35,951 nucleotides of DNA from NCBI GenBank assembly GCA_008369845.1, contig MRSU01010641.1:1-35951 (forward strand), written 5' to 3'. This document shows positions 20,039 through 30,400 of this stretch, piece after piece (position 1 is the first letter of the stretch; each line of letters starts with the position of its first letter). Source of the stretch: Trichomonas gallinae (Eukaryota). The translations under genes were made by a program, and so were the position numbers. A model generated the notes under the pieces. That model worked only from the letters and a program-made list of their open reading frames with translations. It searched no databases and was not told where the DNA came from.

Positions 20039-21004
20039 ATGTTCATTTTAGCTTATAGTCGTGTTAAGTTTGTTCTTGCTCCGGATATTTATAAACATGA
20101 TCCCACGAAGCTAAAGTTCTACGAAAATACAATCAAACACTATAAACCTGATGAAATCGAATATACAGAACATTTTTTCCCAGAAAAAAATTCGACTTAT
20201 CTTTGCTCTGAAAAAACTAAGGCAATAGAACCAAAACCAATTGCTGAAATCAATTATGATATCAGAGAACAGCTATTTCCAGTTTGTGAAAATTTCACTC
20301 ACGAGTTTCAAGGAGAATTACGCATTTGCTATTTCAGAAACATTACAAAATATAATAGTTCATCTTCAGAATCAATAAAATCTGTTTATCCATTAACTTA
20401 TCCAGATATCACGTCAAATGGCATTGTTTATTCAGTCCATAACTCCATTACTGATTGGGATTTCCACATTGAATGCACCACTGGTCAACCAAGATTAGTT
20501 TATGCAAGCTATTCACCATATTTTGTAAGATACGAGCATCCACTTGCTTGCCACGCAGGTGACAAACGTAAGATTAATGTCATTCAGTGCACAAATCAAA
20601 ATTATATCTGGAAAATAGGAAATGCAACTTTGGAACAGAATCAAACGATTAACCAAGAAAATGTTACAGAATCATTGAATAATACCGAGCAACAAAGCAA
20701 TGTTACCGAAAATCAAGCAAATATAACTCAAATTGAAAATGAATCAATAATTATTACAGAAATTGAAATAAATGAAACAGAAGAAAATGTTTCTGATGAA
20801 AATGAGGCTGTTGAAGCAATTGCCCAAGTAATTGCTGAAATTATTGATTCAGCTGAGGATAATGATTCAGAAAATGCTGTTGAGCCACCAATTTCCGAAA
20901 CAAGCACATCAGAAGAAACTCAAAATCCAACAGATGATGCCCAAAAAGAAAATGAAAATGTTATGGAAATTCCAAAAGAAAAACCAAAAGACGATGAGCT
21001 ATAA
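20039..21004 (+). CDS. ER-luminal OS-9/Yos9-like MRH-domain protein with acidic tail and DDEL retrieval signal
   Basis: Short hydrophobic N-terminus; Cys pattern YLC...C...RICYFRNITKY...FHIEC...YFVRYEHPLAC...IQC resembles OS-9-family MRH; E/N/T-rich tail with many NxS/T sequons; ends KDDEL. Confidence 0.55.
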   Translation: MFILAYSRVKFVLAPDIYKHDPTKLKFYENTIKHYKPDEIEYTEHFFPEKNSTYLCSEKTKAIEPKPIAEINYDIREQLFPVCENFTHEFQGELRICYFRNITKYNSSSSESIKSVYPLTYPDITSNGIVYSVHNSITDWDFHIECTTGQPRLVYASYSPYFVRYEHPLACHAGDKRKINVIQCTNQNYIWKIGNATLEQNQTINQENVTESLNNTEQQSNVTENQANITQIENESIIITEIEINETEENVSDENEAVEAIAQVIAEIIDSAEDNDSENAVEPPISETSTSEETQNPTDDAQKENENVMEIPKEKPKDDEL

Positions 21005-21184
21005 CTGTTCATTCTACCCGTATATATAATTGTTAGATAATATAAATACTTCATTTTTGTCTTAATATTTTGAAATTATTTTTTCATAATCAAAATTGAC
21101 GAAAATTAATAACTATATTATGTATATGTAAATATATGAATAACTAATATCAACTTTACAAAATAAAACAATACAAATATTCTA

Positions 21185-22306
21185 TTATATTTGTCTTGCA
21201 AGACTAACAGCAATATCAATAGCAGGCTTTGCTCCTTCCCAATTATAGTAGAAACGCTTGGCTCCAAAATGCACAACCCCTTTGATTTGCCAGAAAATTA
21301 AATATTGCCGAAGAGAGAGACAAGTCATGAATATAGGAGTATCAAACCAACTAAACACTGTTGCGCAAATAACAGTATTCTGTGCCATAAAAATACAATT
21401 ATCAAAATTGCTTCCTGTTGGGCCAATTATCAGCTTTATTCTGGACCAAAACTTTCCTGTTTCTGTTAGTGTTTTGAAATCAACAAATAGTCTCGTCCAA
21501 TTAATTTCAGGATATCTTTCATTAACTTTATTGCATAAGTAATCGTAATTAACGGCTCTTCTGCGTTGGTTCTTTGGTCTATTATATATAACATATAGAT
21601 TGGGCTCAACTGGGTGTCCGTTAATTTTCTGACTTAAAAGTCTTGATAAATTTCTGAGCGGCTCACCAACGAAAGCACACTCGTAGCTCAGTGGTATTGT
21701 ATGGAGCTTCTTGACGAAAATAAACTCTTTTTTATGTTTACTTAAATCAACAATTTTTGAGTCGTCGAGATCATTTAGGCGATAAAACTCCTTTGTATGA
21801 CTAAAGAAATAGTATGAGACTAGTGTAGCACGCTCAAGCACATCCCTGGGTATCAGTGACAAAGCTGAAAGAAAGTCTTTAATGAAGTGGCCGTAATAAA
21901 AAGTTGCGGAATTTGATATTACAATTGCTTCATCAAAAAATATTTCTGGTTTGTTATGCGAAGGCGCAGTTCGCCAATGAAAGTTTAAAAATGTTCCATT
22001 AGCCATTAGTGCCCCATCTGCATTAACCATTGTATTTTTTAATACGTAATATGTTGCATTAAAAATATTGATATATTTCGTTTTTGATGGATCTTCTGTT
22101 AAGTCCGATAAATTATGAAACTTATCCATATAATTGTAATCTGTAATACTTAAAAAGTTTTTTCTGTAATATAAATAATAATCCGGAATTTCATCTACTG
22201 TCCAATAGACCATTCCACGCACATCGCATGGCAAATTCCTTATTATTGCATAAGTGAGCATTAGAACGGAATAAGGGTAAAAAAACTTGAAGTGAATGGT
22301 CCTCAT
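21185..22306 (-). CDS. Glycosyltransferase family 61 (DUF563)-like protein
   Basis: YYGHFIKDFL, YNRP...RRAVN and IIGPTGSNFDNCIFM correspond to the GT61 GH..D, R...N and G.HGA.L.N..F motifs; hydrophobic N-terminal segment. Confidence 0.7.
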   Translation of the reverse strand: MRTIHFKFFYPYSVLMLTYAIIRNLPCDVRGMVYWTVDEIPDYYLYYRKNFLSITDYNYMDKFHNLSDLTEDPSKTKYINIFNATYYVLKNTMVNADGALMANGTFLNFHWRTAPSHNKPEIFFDEAIVISNSATFYYGHFIKDFLSALSLIPRDVLERATLVSYYFFSHTKEFYRLNDLDDSKIVDLSKHKKEFIFVKKLHTIPLSYECAFVGEPLRNLSRLLSQKINGHPVEPNLYVIYNRPKNQRRRAVNYDYLCNKVNERYPEINWTRLFVDFKTLTETGKFWSRIKLIIGPTGSNFDNCIFMAQNTVICATVFSWFDTPIFMTCLSLRQYLIFWQIKGVVHFGAKRFYYNWEGAKPAIDIAVSLARQI

Positions 22307-22441
22307 TCGTTCTAAAATGTAATGTATAATATTCCGTCAAACTAAATGTAATACTTTACATGTCAGATTTATGGGCGAAATCTGACGCACATTGAAAAGG
22401 GGTGATATTTGGAAAATTTAGTTGCTGCAGTCGCAAAAACA

Positions 22442-22586
22442 ACATCAGGATGATTCCTCATGGCGTCTTTGGAACTGGTGCAGCTAGTTTCTGCTGGTCC
22501 AGGACGAAATCGGAATTTTAATAATCTAGCCGAATTCGTCCTGGACCGATTTGTAAGCATCCTGTGCACCAAAACGCACCTGACAT
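22442..22586 (-). ncRNA. Candidate structured non-coding RNA (long nested hairpin), family unknown
   Basis: About 47% GC island (22441-22580) in AT-rich intergenic DNA; four nested stems including a 17/18-bp inner stem; three outer-stem mismatches are G-U pairs on the minus strand. Confidence 0.45.
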
Positions 22587-22742
22587 TAATGTTTCGATAT
22601 TAATATCATCTGCAAAGTGATGCACATTGTTATAGTAATTGCTCCAAAAAGCAAATTAAACTTGATAGCAGAGAAAATGTCACATTAATATTTTACATGT
22701 CAGAAATTTATTATCAAACTATTTTGACTACTATTTTTTAGT

Positions 22743-22747
22743 TCATT
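22743..22747 (+). promoter_or_regulatory. Initiator (Inr) element
   Basis: TCATT ending 4 nt before the kinase ATG at 22752. Confidence 0.55.
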
Positions 22748-22751
22748 TTTC

Positions 22752-23975
22752 ATGAGTGAGGGCAAAACAAGCATAGAGACAAACGTGAAAAATATCATTG
22801 AAGGTCTTGGATACAGAATAATATCACCTATAAAATCACCTCATCCTGTTGCAGCAGGAGCTTTCGCAGATTGCTATCTTATTTATAAGGAAAACCAATC
22901 GCCAAAGCAATTATATATTTTTAAATGCAATCGCTTTCTACAAAATCAAGATAAAACAAAAGAAGCCGTTGGAGGGATTGCTTTAAGTCCAAATTTTTAC
23001 GAATATATTGAAGAATCAGATAATCTACAATCAGATAACCTACAAGCTTGCCTGATTATGGATTACATACCTGGTCTAACATTGAATTCCTTAGTTGACA
23101 ATCTAAAAGATAAGAAACTCAAACTCAAAGATTACCAAATTCTTTCAATTCTTTATTGTGTGGCTTACGGTCTTAATAGACTTCAAAAACAAGGATGGGC
23201 TCATCGCGATATCAAACCAGATAATATTATGATTGATGGAAATTTCTGTGCTCATATCATTGATTATGGAGAAATGAGCCAAAAAGCTAAAGATACTTAC
23301 ATTACGACAGGAACCATATTTGGAAACAAACAGTATCAAAATCATCGGGCAATTTACAGTCAGTTTTCACTCGAAACTGATCTTTACTCACTTGGATGCA
23401 TAATATTTTTTATGCTCTTCCAAGATCATCCATTCAGCAACACCAAAGATACTGAAATGAGAAAAATGAAGGCAACAGATCAATTTGATACGAGGCTTCC
23501 ACCAATCAAACGTGAAGCATATTATTATATTGCGGTGAAAGAATTACAAAGTTACATTGAACCAAACAACCACCTTAGACATGATCTTCTCACTCTAATC
23601 AGACGCTGCTGCAAACTACATCCTTTCAAAAATAAGAAGATTTCCGCTGCTGAAATCATCAAAGAAATTCAACGACTTGCAGTTGAGAATTTGTCACCAG
23701 ATGATTTCGATAAATACGACTATGTCGTACGCATAGCTAATTCTAAAAAGCTCTCTTTGGATGTTCCTTATGGAACTGAGTACCTCGTTAATAAAGCTGT
23801 CAAGTTAGGTTTCCACACAGCTAAACAAGGCAGTGGGTTTCAAGAATGCAAACATCCTATTCTTCTGGCCAAAAAGTATTTTGATCCGCAGTTTGAACCA
23901 AATGACAAAGCAGATTCTGATACTTTCAGAAATCTTTTCGAAGAAGCCACCTCTATAGAAGACTTGTTATTATAA
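22752..23975 (+). CDS. Divergent protein kinase
   Basis: AAGAFADCY, YIFK, IMDYIPG, HRDIKPDNIMI, DYG, DLYSLG; APE motif not recognisable. Confidence 0.85.
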   Translation: MSEGKTSIETNVKNIIEGLGYRIISPIKSPHPVAAGAFADCYLIYKENQSPKQLYIFKCNRFLQNQDKTKEAVGGIALSPNFYEYIEESDNLQSDNLQACLIMDYIPGLTLNSLVDNLKDKKLKLKDYQILSILYCVAYGLNRLQKQGWAHRDIKPDNIMIDGNFCAHIIDYGEMSQKAKDTYITTGTIFGNKQYQNHRAIYSQFSLETDLYSLGCIIFFMLFQDHPFSNTKDTEMRKMKATDQFDTRLPPIKREAYYYIAVKELQSYIEPNNHLRHDLLTLIRRCCKLHPFKNKKISAAEIIKEIQRLAVENLSPDDFDKYDYVVRIANSKKLSLDVPYGTEYLVNKAVKLGFHTAKQGSGFQECKHPILLAKKYFDPQFEPNDKADSDTFRNLFEEATSIEDLLL

Positions 23976-24466
23976 AGTGTCAAGTATTATATTGCACATC
24001 TTTATACCAAATTCAGCATTATTTTTTTAATAGTAAAATCGATGCATTGTTTCTGTTATATGTTGCCATATCATGCATTCTATAAGATAACGCATAATAG
24101 AAAGTATTTTTTATGAATTTATTGTCCCGAATTTGAAATCATGAACCAAAAGCAATAATAATTGCAGTAATAACCATAGAAAGGAATTTATATTATGTCC
24201 CAGGGTCATTAAAAATTCTTGTCTTCAGAAATAAATATCTTATCAAATATTGTTGTATTGTTGAGGAAAACTCCTCAATTTGTTTCTTTATATAAGGATT
24301 TGAAGCAATAAATAACAGTTTTTGACTGATTTAATTGAATATTTGAATTTCGAAATATTTACTAGCTTTTCTAAGCTGCTCAGCTGACAGTAGATGAAAT
24401 ATCAACATAAAAAAATCTTTATCATCAAAATAATAAAAATAATATACAAAACAAAATATAAAATAA

Positions 24467-27400
24467 TTATCTATTTTCGAATGTGCCTGCGTATTCTATT
24501 GCAGTGAAAATCATCTTCTTTGCGGCTGTCACACTTGAGTAATTTGGAATGTTAATCTGTCCGTAGCAAGTTCTTGCTGTTGGCAGCATATCTTCCATTG
24601 TAGCATCGATCATCTGCGAGACTGAGATTAGTGGCTCGTTGGTTGAAACGATTGGCAAATTTTCTCTTGCTGTTACAAATTTGAGGAGTTTTGAAAGTTT
24701 GTCGTCATCCATTTGCTTAACAACATCAATGTAAATGTCTCTGAGTCTGTGCGGCAATGTTGGGTAGAACTTGGTGACTGCTAAAATGGCTTCCGGGGTC
24801 AATTTCTGCGGTCCGCATGAGCAGCAGCTGATTATTTCGCCAGTGATGAAAGGCGGAGGACTCAAGGCGAGATTTTCCCACATTCCTTCTCTGATGTACT
24901 CGAGATATGTCTTTAGTTCTTTAATCCTGAAATCTTTGGAGAGAGAAATATATTCCCTTATGTTTTGTAGAGTGACGCACCTTGTCCTTCCTAGTTCGGA
25001 CAATGCAATTTCCTGTCCTCTGCTGTTTTTGACAACAAAGTTCAGAGAAAATCTTGAAGCGAAAGTGGATTCGTCTGTTATTTCCTCGATTTCTTTCTCC
25101 AGCGATTTCATGAGATCTTTGTATGGAGTGTCAATAGAATAAATGTCTTCTATTGTCAAAACTCCCTCCGCCAAGAATTTCCAGAAGAAAGGAGGAACAG
25201 GAATCGGCCGCGTTAAACCGAATCTTATAGAAATTCCCAGCAAAACGCCAAGCATGAAATACATCTTATCTGGCTCGGGGACAAACGGATCTGGCACTGG
25301 TATCAATGTCTCGTAGTTTTCTGCTGACTCATTGACTGAATTAGGAACTGGAATGAAAATTCCTACATTTGGATGAATCGATTCTTTGATTGTTTCCAGG
25401 ATGAATTCTCTGCACGGGCCACCATAATCCCTGCCTTCTTCTTTTAAGAAAGTAACTTTGAACGGTGGATCTTTCTTTGTCCTGAAGTCCCTCGGGTTCT
25501 TGTAGTAAGACATAAACTGCATCAGCAAAGTGTTGTTCAAATTCTTCGATGTGCCAAACCAAACTTCAGATGCTTTATACCTGTTGACTTCCATACTGAT
25601 TTGGTCTGTGTTTGACTGGAAATATATCAGCTCCAAGAATCTGTTAATCTTGAGCTGTCGAGGCATGAAGTGGCAGAGATATTTGACATAACTTTCTGGC
25701 CCGGATAATTTGTTGTGGCAAACCATCCAACTGATCGAGAACAATAGCGAAGCTCTGAGATATATGATATGCTTTGGATAAGGAATGTCAACGGAGACGA
25801 TTTGTAGAGGAGGAATTTCGAGCTTGAAGTCTTTCTCAGTGAACTTGGAGATGTTGATCATGTTGAATATCAAATGGTCATAGTTTTCGTCAAAGAATGA
25901 GAAAATTGTCCTGACGTCATTGATGAACATTTCTCTGTTTCCGAGAACGAACTGCTTCAAGTTTAGTGGAGTTTCGCTGACGAAAGCGAACCTGACTTGA
26001 GAAAGATCAGATACTGGCTCATTGAAGAATATCTTGCATTGCTTTCCGTAGATAATGTTATTACTTGCAGGTGGATCAACTATTTTCGCGTGAGTCTGGA
26101 ACCATGTGTTTCCGTAAACTTTGATCACGCAGTTGTCTGGGACTGAATTAACAGATACAGTAACTTGAATCGATTTGTCTGATATCCTTTCTACATTGTA
26201 TGGCAGGAATTTAGTTGTAGTCAAGGCCCATTGTTTGAGGAATAAGTGGAATGGGAATCCAGTAAGTTTCTTCGATGTCGGCTTCATCAACCTCATAACT
26301 TGTGAAACGAATTCGCTGATGAATTCGTCGTTCGTCAAGTAAAGAGGGAACTGGATGTTAGGAAGGTCCCAGTCTGTGTTGTGATCGTAGCCTTTTGACT
26401 GTAACTCCAAAGCTTCATCTGGTGTGATGAATTCTGGGAAGTATGTCTTGAGAGGAAGATAGATTCTTTCTTTCCACATTGTTTGCTGGTCCAAAAGGAA
26501 GCCATTGATTGGCTGGTTCTTCTTTCTGTCTGTGTAGATCGCTAGCAAACTCAAGTGAACAACGACGTCGCCAACTAAATCAGTTGGAATGAGTGGAACT
26601 GTTGTACACAAAAACTCTAAAACAACAGTGCCGAAAGCAGTAAAGAATGGACTGCCAGCAATGAATGAATCGACGAAATTTGTGTATATCATTGCCCTGA
26701 ACTCATGCATGTCTGCGTTTTCTATCGAAGAAGCGTTGTTCGATATGAAATAAGCGAAATATTTCAAGCTCAAAATCAATTCGAAAAATGTGCCGAATAA
26801 TGTTTCATTTGTTCCTGGGTTGATAGGCAAAGCAATTACACCATCACCTACAGCATCTATTCTTGTTAATTGTACCATAAATCCTTTGACGTATACAATG
26901 CCATCAGTCAGAATATATTCGTTCTTGTCTTTATCTTCGACTTTGATTGATCCGTCAGCATCGAAGCCGGCTCTGAAGATAATGAAGCCAACAGCTGATG
27001 GTTTTATGATTGTTCTAGGGCGTGATAAAGCTGATATTTGTGTAACAACAGCATTAGGCTGTGATTTTCTCACGAAGTGCATGTGGAAATTAGTGAATTG
27101 TTGGACTAAAAACAATTTCCATAGATTCGCGAAAACTGTTGTCAGTTCGGATTCTGCGATGTGCTTAAATATCATGTGGACACCTTGTTTGTGGATATAC
27201 CTTGGCCCAGTTATGTGGTATGATTTGTCTGTTGCATCTATTGCGAAATTGATCGGGCACTCTTTCTTCTTGATGAAGTGCGCGTGAATCGGTTCGACGT
27301 TAATTATCAGCATCAAAGCGATTTCGAGCAACTGAGGCATCTCCAAGTCGAAGATCTCAATGGCTCTCGATTTAGGGAAATTGACAATAGACAAAGCTTG

Positions 27401-30400
27401 CAAGAATATGTGAGCTTGAACATCTTTTCTTGTCTCATAGACATAACCTGTTGTGAAGAAATTCAAGATTTCTGACGGTAGATATGGATATGTTATTATA
27501 TGTATTGGCTGGAAAATCGTTACATCTTTAACTTGTGGGTCTTTGATTTCTGTGACTTCTCCTGTGTTGTCGTTAATGAAGACGGGCTTGAAATCTAATG
27601 GGAAAGTGGAAATGCACGCCTTCGAAATTCCCTTGACGAATTTGCAGACTGGGATTTTCGATGGAGTTCCTGCATTTGACGTATTCGTGAAGCAGGCAGT
27701 TGGATAAGTAATAATCTGCTGCTTGATTTTATCCAATGCCTCTAAATCCAATTCTGTCCTGCACATTTTGAGTAGGTCCGCTGGATAAGAAATAATTGGC
27801 TGTGTTTCACTGTCATAGCTGAATAAGAAAGAGTTCGGATCTTCTTTGAGACATTGAAGCTTAGGTTTGTTCATCTTGATTTTGGAAGGATTAGTTTGTT
27901 GGAATGGTGTCTGTTTAATTAGATCTTGTATGTCACCTTTGTCGCGTTTGTTTCTTATGAAAACTGTTTTGCCTGTTTTCACGTTGTTTCCAACTGTAGA
28001 CGGATTTGTGCTCTGCAGATACTTAGGACCGATGTTCGTGATTGAATAAGATATATTGACACAGCCGAAAGTATGAATGACGAATGATGCGACGCCTTCT
28101 GAAATCTTGAAAGTGAAGATTTGGGTGTTGTTGTCGTAAATTCTCAATTTCTTGGCTGTTGGTTCATAGCAAAGCGTGACGTTGCTGAACCCGTAGATGC
28201 TTGGAACCCTGTCTATAGGAATACCATTGTAAATTGCAGATCCATTCGATGAGAGCATGAAAGACTCTGAGCTAGAAAAGTGAAGAGAATACATATGAAT
28301 GCCAACATTAAAGTGGGACTTCTTCTGGAAATCAAGGTGTAGATATGTCGCATTTGTTGGATTAAGCGGATCAGACAAGAAGCAATGAGCTCCTTTTGAC
28401 GTGTAGATCTGATTTTCTGTGACTGTTATTGATTTAGTGTCTGGGACTCCTGACATCGTGCAGTATGACATATGCGGTCTCAAAGAAGGCTGCTGTAAAA
28501 ACCCTAGAGAATTGGAAGAAAGATGTGCAGCCAATATTCTAGTGAAGTCTTTCGAGTAGTTGTGTAAACTGAATTTTTTGAGCTGGAATTTTGTCCTTGT
28601 CTCCATGAAACTCAGCAAGAAGTTATGATCAGTTATGTAAACTTTCAATGACTGCAAAATGTAAAAGTTCAGAGCTTCGCTTGCATAAGAAACGGGATCA
28701 TCATTCAAAGCTTGTGTGAAGAATGGCATCAAATGCTCATAGTCTTTGTACATGTCCGGAGAAAACGGTATAGCTGACTTAGGTACAATTGATGGCGAAT
28801 AAGGAATGTTTTCTATTTGTGAATTCGCAGTTATTGGTGTCTTCCAGCCATGATACTCTTCATTGTATACATCTATGTCTGTCAGATAATAAACCGAGTT
28901 CGATGAATTGTCTTTGATAAGCGAATATTGGTTAGGAATCAAAATCGAGTTCGATAAAACAGCGAAAACGCCAAACAAGTAGCGCTTCTCTGTGAACATC
29001 TTCATAGACTCTTTGACTTCTATGTTCTGGCCGTTGTTAATGTTGTACCTGAGAATAAAAGTTATGATGTCATGGACCAAATCCTTTGCTCCTGAATTGG
29101 TTGTTATGCAGAACCTGATCACGCGAATCATTGCAGCGCAAGCAATCATTAAAACACCAGGAGTTTTGACATGTTTTACGTCATCAGTCATCTCCATCAG
29201 TGAAGGATATCCGCGCATGATTTCTGGCCTTCCTCCTGAAGCAATCGAAGAAATTTCGCTCAATAGCCACGAGATCAAGTTTTCGCGGTTTTCTGTCGCC
29301 CTTATATACTCGAACAGGAAAGCGAACGCGTTGTGGAAAACTGCTGGCTCTATGTGCTTAATGAAATGCAGCACCATCTTCTCTTTGAAAGGTACAATCA
29401 TTCCTGAGCTCAAGCATAATCTTGCCAAGCTCAATTTCTTGACGTCTATAGAATCTTTCGTGAATAATCTTTTGAGTAGCCTTTTCGTGTCTTTCTTTGT
29501 TAAAGTAATATTTGAGTCTTTGATTACAGAATACATGCAGCTAGATATGATTGCTGAATAAGACATAATGTCTTCTTCACTTAACTCGAGTTTTCTTGAA
29601 TACAAAATATCGAAAATATCGCAAATTGGCTCGAAAACAATTCTTGGATCTGATTTTCCTACCATCATCAACAGATTCGTGTAAAAGATTATCACAAGAT
29701 TGATGACATTGTTTGAGCAAATGTGTGGCAAGATTTCTCTTAGCAATTTTAAGAGATTAAAAATATTATTAAATCCAGGTGATCTATCCTTGTTTTCGTC
29801 GATTGCTCTGATTGTTGAAACGTATTTCATGAATGATTCCGATTTAATGACTTTGTCTAACAAGAATGAAACAAAATCGATATTAGAGTTTCTGTTGATA
29901 ATGTCGGAAATTATGTCAATGCCTAACGATATGTTTGTTTTAACTCTTTGCGAGTCGCTGATCATTTGGAGGCAAAGTTCTATCGTCAAATCATCACTGA
30001 TGAATCTTGTCAAGGCGGCCAAGTCACCACTGAACTTTTCAGTGCCTATTGGTGCAATCATCAGCAGGAAAATCATTTTGTTTCTGATGTCGTCAAGTTT
30101 TTTGTGGAGTTCTTCTTCTGGTTTATCTGTGAAACTTTGTTTGATCAATATCTGCGTCCTGTGAATTTCATTTACTGAATGTATAATGCCCTTGAACTTC
30201 AATGACAATGGTATCTCCTGGTTAGATCTCTTCATGCCAATATAAATTGAAAGCTCATCTAATAATTTAAATTGTTTTGATAAACAGAAAAGAGCCAAAA
30301 TATCATTTCTCGCTATTAAATCATTTCTGTTTTTAAAGGTGGCTTTGTTTTGCCTTGTGAATATCGAAACCAAAATGTCTTCATACTTTAGCATGTTTTG

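Noticed and set aside
22446..22510. Hammerhead ribozyme or box C/D snoRNA reading (GGACGAAA; GGATGA...CTGA)
   Set aside because: No CUGANGA core paired to the GAAA; the box C match is imperfect and the wobble pairs favour the opposite strand.
22369..22572. 67-aa minus-strand ORF over the structured island
   Set aside because: TTG start and no motif; openness is explained by local GC richness.
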